A stretch of 64,000 nucleotides of DNA from an uncultured Candidatus Saccharibacteria bacterium (GTDB lineage: Bacteria > Patescibacteriota > Saccharimonadia > Saccharimonadales > 2-12-FULL-41-12): NCBI GenBank assembly GCA_964521095.1, contig CAZFPJ010000002.1, forward strand, positions 149,108-213,107, read 5' to 3'. Shown piece by piece: positions 53,987-64,000 of the stretch. The notes under the pieces were generated by a model that saw nothing but the letters and a program-made list of their open reading frames with translations, had not been told where the DNA came from and made no database searches. Position 1 is the stretch's first letter. Every line of letters starts with the position of its first letter. A program made the translations under genes and the position numbers.

Positions 53987-55429
53987 ATGTCGAGCGAGTT
54001 TTATTTTTACGATTTAGAGACTACAGGGGTGGACCCCCGCAAAGATCGGATTATGCAGTTTGCGGGACAGCGGACTGACGCAAATTTTGAGCCAATTGGT
54101 GAGCCACATAACATACTAATCAAGTTAACTGACGAGGTGTTGCCTAGTCCCGATGCTATCTTGGTGACGGGCATTACGCCACAGAAGACACTAGAGGAAG
54201 GCATTACCGAAGCAGAGTTTGCCAAGATCTTTACCGAAGAGGTAGTAGCTCCGAACACTACTTATTTAGGTTTTAACAGTATCCGGTTTGACGATGAGTT
54301 TATGCGCTCATTTTTATTCCGTAACTTCTATGACTCTTATGAATGGCAATGGAAAGACGGAGCTAGCAGGTGGGATCTTTTAGATGTTTCTAGAATGGCT
54401 CGTGCCTTACGGCCAGACGGTATAGTTTGGCCTGTCGATGAAAAAACGGGCAAGCCTGCCAATAGGCTAGAATTGTTAGCCTCTGCCAATAAGCTAGACC
54501 ACGATAATGCTCACGATGCGTTGTCTGATGTCAATGCAACGATTGCCCTAGCTGGATTAATGAGAGAAACTCAGCCAAAATTATTTGACTACCTTTTTAG
54601 CATGCGCGACAAGAAAAAAGTAGAGCATTTGGTTGGACAAGGGCGTCCTTTTATCTACAGTAGCGGGAAGTATTCTGGAGATTATGAAAAAACAACAGTC
54701 GCCCTTGGTCTTGGTGCTCATCCAGACGGTCGAGATATTTTAGTTTATGACTTACGAGTTGACCCGAGTGAATTTGTAACTCTAAGCCCCGCGCAGTTAG
54801 CAGAAAGATGGCGTTGGAAAAAAGACAGAGAGGATACTCCGTTACCTGTTAAGACTTTAAAAGTTAACAGATGTCCTGCAGTTGCTCCACTGTCTGTTCT
54901 GGACAAGACAACTCAAGATAGGCTCAAAATTAACATGACAGACATTAATGAGCATCGAGATGTTTTACTCAAGAACCCAGATTTTATCAGGCAATTACAG
55001 CAGGCGTTAGAGATCCTCAACAAAGATCGGATAAAGCCGATGACAGATGACGGGCTAAATTCAGAGAGCTCGCTATACCAATCTTTTGTACCCAACAATG
55101 ATAAACAGCTTTTTGCCAGTATTCAGCAAAGTCTGCCAGAAGATTTAAGTTCTTTCAGTGAACGGCTTAGTGATCCGCGCCTAAAGCAGATCTTGCCTCG
55201 CTATAAGGCCAGGAATTACCCCAGTAGTCTGAGTAGCGAAGAGCGTGATGCTTGGGATTCTTATCGTGCTCAAGTACTGCTTGCTGGCGACCAGCAAAGT
55301 GTAGTTGCAAAATTTGGCCAGCGCTTAGAAGAGTTGCGGGCCAGGCCGGACATCACTGACGATCAAAAATTCTTGTTAGACGAAATACAACTATATGCCG
55401 AAAGCATACTGCCAACTCTAGAGAGCTAA
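53987..55429 (+). CDS. sbcB: exodeoxyribonuclease I
   Basis: FYFYDLETTGVDP, GFNSIRFDDEF, NAHDALSDV (DEDDh), 480 aa. Confidence 0.85.
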   Translation: MSSEFYFYDLETTGVDPRKDRIMQFAGQRTDANFEPIGEPHNILIKLTDEVLPSPDAILVTGITPQKTLEEGITEAEFAKIFTEEVVAPNTTYLGFNSIRFDDEFMRSFLFRNFYDSYEWQWKDGASRWDLLDVSRMARALRPDGIVWPVDEKTGKPANRLELLASANKLDHDNAHDALSDVNATIALAGLMRETQPKLFDYLFSMRDKKKVEHLVGQGRPFIYSSGKYSGDYEKTTVALGLGAHPDGRDILVYDLRVDPSEFVTLSPAQLAERWRWKKDREDTPLPVKTLKVNRCPAVAPLSVLDKTTQDRLKINMTDINEHRDVLLKNPDFIRQLQQALEILNKDRIKPMTDDGLNSESSLYQSFVPNNDKQLFASIQQSLPEDLSSFSERLSDPRLKQILPRYKARNYPSSLSSEERDAWDSYRAQVLLAGDQQSVVAKFGQRLEELRARPDITDDQKFLLDEIQLYAESILPTLES

Positions 55430-55597
55430 CCGGTTTATCTTGTCTATCTTCTTTTGTGTGTGATGTTTGTGTAATTTATGAGTCATACGACTACGCAGTA
55501 GCATGCCTAGCCCAAGCATTACAAGCACAATGTATACATAGAAACCTATGGATATATTTGTGCCTGGAATTAGTCCAAGAACTATAAAATCTAACAT
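55418..55597 (-). CDS. small hydrophobic protein (59 aa), absent from the supplied ORF track
   Basis: Hand translation: MLDFIVLGLIPGTNISIGFYVYIVLVMLGLGMLLRSRMTHKLHKHHTQKKIDKINRLAL. AGGCGGA lies 8 nt upstream of the ATG. One TM helix plus a basic tail. Confidence 0.4.
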   Translation of the reverse strand: MLDFIVLGLIPGTNISIGFYVYIVLVMLGLGMLLRSRMTHKLHKHHTQKKIDKINRLAL

Positions 55598-55777
55598 AAT
55601 AATTTCCGCCTTTCGTCCACTGAATAAGGGATGCTAATTATATGCCTAAATTGTAAATAAGTCAATATTATCTTATAGATGCTTATGGTAAGTGTTGTTA
55701 ACATCTAGAATATTCTCTAAAAAACCTGTATAATGGCTGTCCAGTCAAAGAGTTAGTTCTGTTTAAAGAAAGAAGGT

Positions 55778-58609
55778 TTGAGGCAGGTGGACTATATATC
55801 AATCAAAGGCGCCAGGGAACATAATCTAAAAGACATTTCGGTAGATATTCCGCGTAATAAATTAGTGGTGATAACTGGACTTAGCGGTTCCGGCAAATCG
55901 TCTCTAGCCTTTGACACTATTTATGCAGAAGGCCAAAGAAGGTATGTTGAGTCATTGAGCGCTTATGCCAGGCAGTTTTTGGGTCTTATGGAAAAGCCAG
56001 ATGTAGATCAAATTGACGGTTTAAGTCCAGCTATATCTATAGACCAAAAGTCGACCAGTCGTAATCCTCGTAGTACGGTCGCTACGGTAACAGAGATATA
56101 TGACTATCTGCGTCTACTATTTGCGCGTGTTGGGGTACCACACTGTCCTGTGTGTAGTCGCACTGTAACCAGGCAGACATCGGCAATGATTGTCGATCAA
56201 ATAACCGAGACTGGGCAGGGTTCTCGCTTGCTAGTCTTGGCGCCTATTGTAGTTAGTAAAAAAGGTATTTTTGAGCACATTCCTGAACAATACCAAAGGC
56301 TTGGTTTTGTGCGGGCGCGGATAGATGGGGTTGTCTACGCATTAGACGAATGGCCCGAGCTAGAAAAGAATCAGCGCCACAATATCGAGATAGTAGTTGA
56401 CAGGTTGGTGAATGACAAAGACAGCCGTGGACGGATAGTCCAGAGTGTCGAACAAGCATTAGGCATCGCGGACGGTCGTTTGTTGATAGTAAATGCCGAC
56501 AACAAAGAGGAGCACACATATAGTTTGCAATATGCTTGTTTAGACCATCCAGAAATAACAATTCCCGAGCTAGAGCCACGAACTTTTAGCTTTAACAATC
56601 CTCAGGGAGCTTGTTCGGTATGTACAGGCCTTGGTAACCGGCTAGAAGTCGACCCAGAGTTGGTAATACCTAACGGTCGTTTAACTATAGCCGAGGGGGC
56701 GATTCGTCCGTTCAATCGTGTCAGTGCGGATGCGTGGTACATGAAAAAAATGCAAGCTGTAGCCGATAAACATGGCTTTTCTTTGCAGGTTCCTACTGGA
56801 CAACTAAAAAAAGAAGACCTAGACAGAATGCTGTATGGGACCGGAGATCAAACCTATGCCATCAAGATTGGTACTGGGCGAGATTTTGACACCACCTATG
56901 AGGGTGTCATCCCGAATCTCGAGCGCCGTCACAAAGAGACTGATAGCGAATTTATGCGCAAAGATATTGAACGATTTATGCAAGAACGGCCATGCCATGC
57001 CTGTAACGGTCGTAGATTAAAGCCAGAGGTTCTGGCGGTGACAGTTACTCAAAAATCTATCATGGACATCTGTGAGTTGTCGATTGACGATGCCTATAAT
57101 TTTTTTATTAACCTAAAGCTTGCTGAAAAAGAAGCCAACATAGCAAAGCAAATCCTCAAAGAGATCAATGCTCGGCTAAGTTTTTTGCAAAATGTTGGGC
57201 TTAACTATCTAAATCTTTTGCGTAGCGCCGTTAGTTTAAGCGGTGGTGAAGCTCAACGAATTCGTCTAGCTACACAGATCGGCAGTGGCTTGCAGGGAGT
57301 TTTGTATGTATTAGACGAGCCAAGCATTGGTTTGCACCAACGAGATAACGGCAGACTAATAGAGACACTAAAACATCTAAAAGAACTCGGCAATACGGTT
57401 TTAGTGGTAGAGCACGACGAAGACACAATTCGTTCTAGTGACTTTGTTTTAGACATTGGTCCGGGTGCTGGCATTCATGGTGGAGAGATAGTCTCCCAGG
57501 GCACTCCAAGCCAGATAGCCTCGGATAAAAATAGTCTGACCGGCCAGTATCTCAAGGGCACAAAAAAGATTGCGGTCCCCAAAAAGCGTCGCAAAGGCAA
57601 TAATAAAAATATATCAATCAAGGGTGCCCGAGAGAATAACTTGAAAAATGTTTCTGTAGACATACCACTCGGCACCCTAACAGTAGTCAGTGGAGTGTCT
57701 GGTTCTGGCAAGTCGAGTTTGATTAATGATATATTGGCCAAAGAATTGCAAGCGCGGTTAATGCGTTCGCACACGACTCCAGGACGGCATGATGAGATTT
57801 TAGGTATCGAACATCTCGATAAAGTTATCGTAATAGACCAGTCGCCAATTGGCCGGACTCCACGGAGCAATCCAGCCACTTACACAGGACTTTTTGGCCC
57901 CATCAGAGACCTTTTTGCAAGCTTGCCAGAAGCTAAGTTAAGAGGCTACAGCGCTGGTAGATTTAGTTTTAATGTTAAGGGAGGTCGGTGCGAGAATTGT
58001 GCTGGCGATGGCATCATTAAGATAGAGATGCATTTTTTGCCAGATGTTTATGTAACCTGCGAAGTCTGCAAGGGCAAGCGCTATAACCGCGAAGCCCTAG
58101 AGATTCGTTATAAAGGCAAAGATATTAGCGATGTTCTTAGTATGACCTGCGAACACGCGTTAGATTTTTTTGCCAACATACCTAGTGTGGCTCGAAAGCT
58201 ACAAACACTAGTAGATGTGGGCTTGGGCTATGTGGCGCTTGGGCAATCTGCAACTACGCTTAGCGGAGGAGAGGCTCAGCGAATAAAATTAGCAACCGAG
58301 TTATCACGGCGACCAACCGGACGCACTTTGTATGTATTGGATGAGCCAACCACAGGACTCCATATGGCTGATGTAGATAAATTACTAAATGTTTTACATG
58401 CCCTGGTCGATACAGGCAACAGCATGATAGTAATCGAGCACAATTTGGATGTAGTCAAATCCGCCGACCATATCATAGACATGGGCCCAGAGGGTGGTGA
58501 TGCTGGTGGACAGATTGTGGCCCAGGGAACCCCCGAAGAAGTAGCTAAAACAGGGTCTCATACAGGCAAGTTTTTAAAACAAGTTCTTAGTTCTTCAGCG
58601 TCTAAATAA
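55778..58609 (+). CDS. uvrA: excinuclease ABC subunit UvrA
   Basis: Two ABC modules ([24 protein letters not shown], two LSGGEAQRI), Zn modules CPVC and CEVCKGKRY. Confidence 0.95.
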   Translation: MRQVDYISIKGAREHNLKDISVDIPRNKLVVITGLSGSGKSSLAFDTIYAEGQRRYVESLSAYARQFLGLMEKPDVDQIDGLSPAISIDQKSTSRNPRSTVATVTEIYDYLRLLFARVGVPHCPVCSRTVTRQTSAMIVDQITETGQGSRLLVLAPIVVSKKGIFEHIPEQYQRLGFVRARIDGVVYALDEWPELEKNQRHNIEIVVDRLVNDKDSRGRIVQSVEQALGIADGRLLIVNADNKEEHTYSLQYACLDHPEITIPELEPRTFSFNNPQGACSVCTGLGNRLEVDPELVIPNGRLTIAEGAIRPFNRVSADAWYMKKMQAVADKHGFSLQVPTGQLKKEDLDRMLYGTGDQTYAIKIGTGRDFDTTYEGVIPNLERRHKETDSEFMRKDIERFMQERPCHACNGRRLKPEVLAVTVTQKSIMDICELSIDDAYNFFINLKLAEKEANIAKQILKEINARLSFLQNVGLNYLNLLRSAVSLSGGEAQRIRLATQIGSGLQGVLYVLDEPSIGLHQRDNGRLIETLKHLKELGNTVLVVEHDEDTIRSSDFVLDIGPGAGIHGGEIVSQGTPSQIASDKNSLTGQYLKGTKKIAVPKKRRKGNNKNISIKGARENNLKNVSVDIPLGTLTVVSGVSGSGKSSLINDILAKELQARLMRSHTTPGRHDEILGIEHLDKVIVIDQSPIGRTPRSNPATYTGLFGPIRDLFASLPEAKLRGYSAGRFSFNVKGGRCENCAGDGIIKIEMHFLPDVYVTCEVCKGKRYNREALEIRYKGKDISDVLSMTCEHALDFFANIPSVARKLQTLVDVGLGYVALGQSATTLSGGEAQRIKLATELSRRPTGRTLYVLDEPTTGLHMADVDKLLNVLHALVDTGNSMIVIEHNLDVVKSADHIIDMGPEGGDAGGQIVAQGTPEEVAKTGSHTGKFLKQVLSSSASK

Positions 58610-59257
58610 TTTTTTAATGTCTATCATTAACTTCTGTCTACTGATAGGATCTTTTATGATATGGACTAAGGGTGAGCCAAAAGTTAGTATTGTAACGGCC
58701 AGAATAACCGGCAAAATGTAGGCTTCTATATTATGGATTTTAGTCCCCAAGTAGTAGCCCAAAACCGTTACAGATATCGCCCAAATAGCGCTACCGACAA
58801 TATTGTAAATACTAAATCTTAGTTGATCCATTTTGCCTATGCCGGCAACGACTGGGGCAAAAGTGCGAACAACTGGCACAAAACGGGCAATAATTATTGT
58901 TTTGCCACCGTGCTTCTCATAGAATTTTTCAGCTTGTTCTATATATTCGTGCCTAAACAAAATACCATCTTTTTTGCGAAACAGCTTTGGCCCAGCTCGT
59001 TTACCAATTTGGTATCCAGTCTGTCCTCCCAAAATAGCCGCAATAATAATCACAACCACTGCATGAAGTAGCGAAAATTGTCCTTGGGCAGCAAAAATTC
59101 CAGCGGCAAACAACAAGGTGTCTCCGGGGAAGAAAAAGCCGATTAACAACCCTGACTCTGCAAACACAATCAAGGCGATAACTATTAGCCCTCCGGCTGC
59201 CAATGCTTCTGGATCTAAGATGCCCATATAACGACCAGTATACCAGCTGTGATACAA
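58595..59257 (-). CDS. dedA: DedA-family membrane protein
   Basis: [30 protein letters not shown]. The true start may be MGILDPEAL (59227). Confidence 0.8.
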   Translation of the reverse strand: MYHSWYTGRYMGILDPEALAAGGLIVIALIVFAESGLLIGFFFPGDTLLFAAGIFAAQGQFSLLHAVVVIIIAAILGGQTGYQIGKRAGPKLFRKKDGILFRHEYIEQAEKFYEKHGGKTIIIARFVPVVRTFAPVVAGIGKMDQLRFSIYNIVGSAIWAISVTVLGYYLGTKIHNIEAYILPVILAVTILTFGSPLVHIIKDPISRQKLMIDIKKLFRR

Positions 59258-59301
59258 TATAAGTTCACGAAATGTACCTAACGGAGGAGTAAAAGAACAT
59301 C

Positions 59302-59961
59302 ATGAGTGGTGATATAACGCTACAAGCAAAAAAACGAGAAGTGATGGGCAAGCAAGTTAAAAAACTAAGAAGCGAAGGTTTTGTGCCTGCGGTAATCCAT
59401 GACCACGGACAAACTTCTGTGCATATTAGTGTTGTCTCTGGCGAGCTTAAACATGTTTTTGGCGAGGCAGGCAAGCACGCTCCGGTAAAGGTGGATGTTG
59501 ATGGCAAAAAGTACACCACACTTATCAAAGAAGTTACCTATGCCCCAGCGACCAGCAAAGCACTTCACACAGTCTTCCAGGCAATTAAAGCTAACGAAAA
59601 GGTATCGGCCGAGATCCCTCTAAAACTTAGCGAAGATAATCCAGCTACGAAAGCTAGTTTACTCGTATTATCAAAACTCGACCATGTCGAGGTCGAAGCG
59701 TTGCCAGCAGACTTAATTGATGCTATTGAAGTCGACACAGAAGCCTTGGCAGAAGTTGGCGACAAAATTACCGTTGCTGATCTAAAAGTTCCAAGTACTA
59801 TTACAATCAAGACTGACCCAGAGCAAGCGATTGCTACAGTCGAGATGCCAAAAGACCAAATTGCCGAAGCCGATGCCGCCGCTGCCGAAATGGCAGAAGT
59901 AACAGCCGAAACTGTCGAGGGCGAAGCAACTGAATCGTCCGACGCCACCGAAGAAGAGTAG
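59302..59961 (+). CDS. rplY: 50S ribosomal protein bL25 (Ctc form)
   Basis: LQAKKREVMGKQVKKLRSEGFVPAVIH, two-domain length, acidic C-terminal tail. Confidence 0.85.
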   Translation: MSGDITLQAKKREVMGKQVKKLRSEGFVPAVIHDHGQTSVHISVVSGELKHVFGEAGKHAPVKVDVDGKKYTTLIKEVTYAPATSKALHTVFQAIKANEKVSAEIPLKLSEDNPATKASLLVLSKLDHVEVEALPADLIDAIEVDTEALAEVGDKITVADLKVPSTITIKTDPEQAIATVEMPKDQIAEADAAAAEMAEVTAETVEGEATESSDATEEE

Positions 59962-59970
59962 ATATAAAAC

Positions 59971-61752
59971 CTACTCTTCTATGAACCCTCCGGATTGGTG
60001 TTTCCAGAGTTCGGCATAGATACCGTCACTGGCGAGTAGCTCTTTGTGCGTGCCGTCTTCGATGATTTCACCGTTTTCTAGTACGATGATTCGGTCCATT
60101 TTTTGGATAGTGCTGAGGCGGTGCGCAATAACTAACGCAGTTTTGTCTTCCATCAGTTTCCAAAGAGCATCTTGAATCAGTCGTTCTGAATCAGAGTCGA
60201 GGGCACTGGTGGCTTCGTCCAAGACTAAGATAGGGGCATCTTTTATCATGGCTCTAGCAATTGCAACGCGCTGTCTCTGCCCACCAGAAAGTTTTACGCC
60301 TCGCTCACCTATTAGCGTTTCATATTTGTTGGGCAGTTCCTCGATGAACATGTCGGCATGGCTCAGTTTTGCTACTTTCTCAATTTCTTTTTGAGTGGCA
60401 CCTAGCTTTCCATAGCGAATATTGTCTGCCACGCTTCGATGGAATAGGTACGGGTCTTGTGGCACATAACTAACAAACTTTCGTAAATCTTTTTGTTTAA
60501 CATGAGCAATATTTGTTCCGTCAATCAGGATTTCTCCAGCATCAATATCTGTGAAGCGTAGCAAAAGTTTGGTTAGTGTTGTCTTGCCACCACCAGAGTG
60601 CCCAACTAGGCCAATCTTCTCTCCTGGCTTGATAGACAGCTGTAAGTCTTTGAATAATCCCTGACTCTGTTCTCCAGAGTAGTCAAACGAGACGGTACTG
60701 AATGTAATCGCGCCCTTTTTTACCGCGAATTTTCTGGGTTCAGATATGTCGTGTATGGCTGACTCATCAAGGAGCAGTTCTGTGAACTGGGCTGCATCGC
60801 TTAGCGAAGACTCAACCCTCCGGTAGATTCCATTAAACTCCCACAAGAAGCGAGTAACACCTAGGTAATATGTAAAAGTTACAAAGACCATTTCGATGCC
60901 AATACCTTTATAGCTAGCCAATGACAATCCAATCACCAATCCAAACAAATTGGTCAAAACATATAGCGGGGATAATACAATGTCGATTTTTTGATTATGG
61001 TAGTCCCACGATCGTTTCATCTTTTGCGTAAGGTCTTTGACTAAAACTTTATGTGCAGTATTTTCGTAGTCTTCACGAGAGAAAGCTTTTACTGTGTCAA
61101 TATTGGCGTAAATATCTGCTACATGTCCAGAGACTTTGTTGCTAGCTGTCTCTCGAACAGCAACAAGTTTTTTGCGTCGTCTAAGAAGTGGGAGCACTAA
61201 AGTCACGGAGACCGCAAGCATAGCAAGGAGGGTAAAGACGAGTACAGGGGAATACGCCCACAAGATAAAACACACAAAGATTGTAGGTATGACACTTGGT
61301 GCCAAGTTAAAGAAGAGCACATCTAAGAAGTCTATGTATCTATTGGCATAGCCAGTTGTCTTTTTGGTTAATGAGCCTGCAAAATTATCATGGAAAAATG
61401 CCAGATCTTTCTCGAGGAGTTGCTTAACAGAATAGTTATATAGTTTTTCAGTGCCTTTTACTTCGCCCTTAATGAGTAGGAATATTCCGAGCCTCCACAA
61501 AGCTTCTGCAAACAACCAGCTTGCACCAATAGCAATGATGTACGGCAGTAATTCGCCAAGTCCCGGCAGGGCTGTATTCTTATATGCCCCAATTAGCTTT
61601 GCAATTAATAAAGGCGGAAGATAAAAGGCGAAGATAGTGCCGATGCCCGTGCACAACATGCTTGTTATGTTAAACTTCCAGTCCTGGAGCATTAGTTTTA
61701 GATAGTGTCTAATCGCAAGCTTGTAAGCTTGCTTGTTTCTTTTTTCTTGCAT
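59971..61752 (-). CDS. ABC exporter, fused permease/ATPase (MsbA-like)
   Basis: Six-TM N-domain. GHSGGGKTT, LSGGQRQRVAIARA, ILVLDEATSALD, IAHRLST. Confidence 0.85.
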   Translation of the reverse strand: MQEKRNKQAYKLAIRHYLKLMLQDWKFNITSMLCTGIGTIFAFYLPPLLIAKLIGAYKNTALPGLGELLPYIIAIGASWLFAEALWRLGIFLLIKGEVKGTEKLYNYSVKQLLEKDLAFFHDNFAGSLTKKTTGYANRYIDFLDVLFFNLAPSVIPTIFVCFILWAYSPVLVFTLLAMLAVSVTLVLPLLRRRKKLVAVRETASNKVSGHVADIYANIDTVKAFSREDYENTAHKVLVKDLTQKMKRSWDYHNQKIDIVLSPLYVLTNLFGLVIGLSLASYKGIGIEMVFVTFTYYLGVTRFLWEFNGIYRRVESSLSDAAQFTELLLDESAIHDISEPRKFAVKKGAITFSTVSFDYSGEQSQGLFKDLQLSIKPGEKIGLVGHSGGGKTTLTKLLLRFTDIDAGEILIDGTNIAHVKQKDLRKFVSYVPQDPYLFHRSVADNIRYGKLGATQKEIEKVAKLSHADMFIEELPNKYETLIGERGVKLSGGQRQRVAIARAMIKDAPILVLDEATSALDSDSERLIQDALWKLMEDKTALVIAHRLSTIQKMDRIIVLENGEIIEDGTHKELLASDGIYAELWKHQSGGFIEE

Positions 61753-61947
61753 AGTTCTGGCTTCCTTTAGGCCAGTAGATTAGTTCAGCTTATATGTTTT
61801 ACAAAGAGAATAGGGAAAAGCCCATTATCTTTTTGGGTGGTAGTTCTAGTGTAATCACCTTTTTGTAGGCCTTTCCTTTAAAATTAATTGTTGCTCAAAA
61901 TTATACCACTTGTGTCAAGTTTTCGCCAATCTGTTAGAATAGAGTTT

Positions 61948-62853
61948 ATGCAAAAGGTGATTCTTTATTATAAATTTGTGCCGTTATCCGACCCCGCGAT
62001 GACTATGCATTGGCAACGAGAGTTGTGCGCGAGACTAAACCTTAAAGGGCGGATTATTGTTAGTAAACACGGCATCAACGGCACGCTTGGTGGCGATATC
62101 GAAAACCTTCGTCAATACAAGCGCGAGATGAACAAGTCTGTTACTTTCAAGGATATTACTTACAAATGGAGTGATGGTACTGGTAATGATTTTCCACGCC
62201 TTAGTATCAAGGTAAAGCCAGAGTTGGTAGCGTTTGACCGGCCAGATGAAATCAAGGTAGATGCTGGCGGTGTTGTTGGCGGAGGCAAACATCTTAAGCC
62301 AGAACAGGTCAATAAGCTTGTTGAAGAACGAGGCGACGATGTAGTGTTCTTTGATGGACGCAATGCCTATGAAGCCAAAGTAGGAAAGTTTAAAAACGCC
62401 GTTGTGCCCGATACCAAAACCACCAGAGATTTCATAAAAGAAATCGAGAGTGATAAATACAATGACATAAAAGATAAGCCAGTTGTAACTTATTGCACCG
62501 GAGGTATTCGCTGTGAGGCCTTGAGTGTGCTTATGAAAAATCGTGGATTTAAAGAGGTCTATCAGATAGACGGAGGTATTGTAAAATACGGTGAAAAGTT
62601 TGGTGATGACGGCTTGTGGGAAGGGAATCTGTACATTTTTGACGATCGGATGACTCATAAATTCTCTGACAAGGCCAAGGACATTGGTGAGTGTAGTCAC
62701 TGTCAGGGCAAAACTAGCAACTTCGAAAATTGCGCTAATGTGTCCTGCAATAAATTAGTCCTAATTTGTAAAGACTGCAAAAAAGACCCAAGTAAATTAT
62801 TCCACGATAAAATTTGCAAAGAAAAAGCTAATCTAAAGGGGGCCAGCGTATGA
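61948..62853 (+). CDS. trhO: rhodanese-domain tRNA uridine(34) hydroxylase TrhO (UPF0176/YceA)
   Basis: Start at MQKVILYYKF. Rhodanese loop TYCTGGIRCE. C-terminal Cys cluster CSHCQGK...C..C. Confidence 0.8.
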   Translation: MQKVILYYKFVPLSDPAMTMHWQRELCARLNLKGRIIVSKHGINGTLGGDIENLRQYKREMNKSVTFKDITYKWSDGTGNDFPRLSIKVKPELVAFDRPDEIKVDAGGVVGGGKHLKPEQVNKLVEERGDDVVFFDGRNAYEAKVGKFKNAVVPDTKTTRDFIKEIESDKYNDIKDKPVVTYCTGGIRCEALSVLMKNRGFKEVYQIDGGIVKYGEKFGDDGLWEGNLYIFDDRMTHKFSDKAKDIGECSHCQGKTSNFENCANVSCNKLVLICKDCKKDPSKLFHDKICKEKANLKGASV

Positions 62854-63317
62854 ATATTCAAAAAATAACACCAAACCTATGGTTTAACGGTAACGCCAAA
62901 GAAGCAACAGATTATTATGTTTTTGTTTTTCCAGATAGCGAGATTGTTGCTACAGAGTATTATCCAAAAACAAAAGAAGAAGGGTTAGCAGACTTCCAAC
63001 AAGATTTGGCTGGTAAGGTTTTGACAGTAGAGTTTAAGTTGGCTGGACAGAACTTTGTAGCTATAAACACTGGGCCAGAGTTCAAGTTTAGCCCTGCAAT
63101 ATCGTTTTCTGTTGCCTGCAAAGACCAAGAGGAAATTGATTATTTTTGGAGCAAGCTTTCGTCCGCCCCAGAAGCCGAGCAGTGCGGATGGTGTTTGGAC
63201 AAGTATGGTCTGAGTTGGCAGATTATGCCAGAAAACATCGATGATTACCTAAAAAAACCAGGCGCCTTTAAAATCATGATGAAACAGAAAAAGATCATCA
63301 TAGCAGACTACCAATAG
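62850..63317 (+). CDS. VOC-superfamily protein (PhnB / 3-demethylubiquinone-9 methyltransferase-domain like)
   Basis: ITPNLWFNGNAKEATDYY and CGWCLDKYGLSWQIMP are characteristic of this family. Confidence 0.75.
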   Translation: MNIQKITPNLWFNGNAKEATDYYVFVFPDSEIVATEYYPKTKEEGLADFQQDLAGKVLTVEFKLAGQNFVAINTGPEFKFSPAISFSVACKDQEEIDYFWSKLSSAPEAEQCGWCLDKYGLSWQIMPENIDDYLKKPGAFKIMMKQKKIIIADYQ

Positions 63318-63319
63318 AT

Positions 63320-63850
63320 ATGCGTTATGTACTTCTACTTCGGGGTGTAAATGTGGGAGGCAATAGCCGAGTAGAGATGTCTCGTCTTAAAGCGATGCTT
63401 GAAAATCTTGGATACATCAATGTAGTAACTTATATAAATTCGGGTAATGCAATTTTTGACTCTTTGTCGACTCCTAGTAACCAGCTTATAAAAGGATACC
63501 TAGAGAAAGAGTTTGGTTTTTATATACCCGCGCTTATTGTAGCGGGAGAAGATATCATCAGAATTGCCAAGGCAATTCCAGCCCAGTGGAAAAATGACAA
63601 AGAAAACGAAAAATCAGATGTGTTGTATTTGTTCGAGGAGATTGATGACCTCGAGGTCATCAATAAAATTGGCATAAAGCCAGACATAGAAACATATATC
63701 TATGAGAAGGGTGCGTTACTTGCAAATATTACGAGGCAAAATCAATCGAAGGGTAGTTTACAGAAACTTGTCGGCACAAAGCTGTACAAACAAATGACGA
63801 TTCGCAACATCACAACTGCCAAAAAACTTGCCGAGATAGTGAGCCAGTAG
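63320..63850 (+). CDS. DUF1697-family protein
   Basis: MRYVLLLRGVNVGGNSRVEM...YINSGNAIF N-terminal signature. Confidence 0.75.
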   Translation: MRYVLLLRGVNVGGNSRVEMSRLKAMLENLGYINVVTYINSGNAIFDSLSTPSNQLIKGYLEKEFGFYIPALIVAGEDIIRIAKAIPAQWKNDKENEKSDVLYLFEEIDDLEVINKIGIKPDIETYIYEKGALLANITRQNQSKGSLQKLVGTKLYKQMTIRNITTAKKLAEIVSQ

Positions 63851-63873
63851 CAGGGACAGTATAATAGTTATTG

Positions 63874-64000
63874 ATGAATAAGAAGTTAGAGGAAAAATTA
63901 GCTAACCTTCCCAAAACGCCGGGAGTTTATTTTCATAAAGATAAATCCGGTGAAATTATTTATGTTGGCAAGGCTTCGAATTTGCGTAATCGAGTCCGGC
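63874..64000 (+). CDS. uvrC: excinuclease ABC subunit UvrC, 5' fragment (runs off the window)
   Basis: GIY-YIG start: [29 protein letters not shown]. Confidence 0.8.
   Translation, partial: MNKKLEEKLANLPKTPGVYFHKDKSGEIIYVGKASNLRNRVR

Noticed and set aside
62035-62700. A 221-aa minus-strand ORF (and similar long antisense ORFs at 16467-17054, 2946-3479, 4673-5056 and 47469-47861)
   Set aside because: Each lies antisense within a confidently identified gene (trhO, pgk, murD, the GNAT fusion, ftsA) and lacks motifs and an SD, so these are shadow ORFs.

Overview
About 90% of this 64-kb window is coding, and it reads like a streamlined monoderm bacterium. Several things point that way: compact housekeeping operons, a short AlaRS with no C-terminal domain, an LPETG surface protein, a stand-alone VKOR, an orphan VirD4-like ATPase and a pyruvoyl arginine decarboxylase. 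Moderate GC fits too. This suggests a CPR/Patescibacteria (Saccharibacteria-like) genome, but that is inference; the window has no rRNA gene to confirm it. Ordinary content: folD, murD, a receiver-only response regulator, pdaD, a histidine kinase, pyk-pgk-tpiA, pcrA, an RpfB-like hydrolase, rsmA, VKOR, tmRNA, a TerC-like protein, metG, tatD, a cysteine desulfurase, mnmA, alaS, ftsA, ruvX, mltG, a LysM/CHAP hydrolase, obg, sbcB, uvrA, dedA, bL25, an ABC exporter, trhO and the 5' end of uvrC. Five items deserve a second look. (1) 36.8-43.5 kb holds six genes: four secreted paired-cysteine subunit-like proteins, a membrane-tethered PapD/DUF916-like protein and a PKD membrane protein. I read it as an undescribed surface-fibre or adhesin assembly system. 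(2) 29.0-34.9 kb is a divergent, tightly coupled F-type ATPase operon (b, delta, alpha, gamma, beta, epsilon). It has no a or c genes, and the upstream slot holds a protein with only a degenerate c-like hairpin. (3) Two copies of a ~100-nt structured RNA element, differing by compensatory base-pair changes, are fused to tRNA-Glu fragments. They flank an intact tRNA-Glu, and one copy sits as a leader plus terminator upstream of the glycolytic operon. (4) A ~1.7-kb GC-rich island is bounded by imperfect direct repeats and encodes a secreted Cys/Pro-rich protein. (5) A PP-loop protein is translationally coupled to murD and may be a MurL-type epimerase. All functional calls rest on motifs read by eye; no database search was possible.
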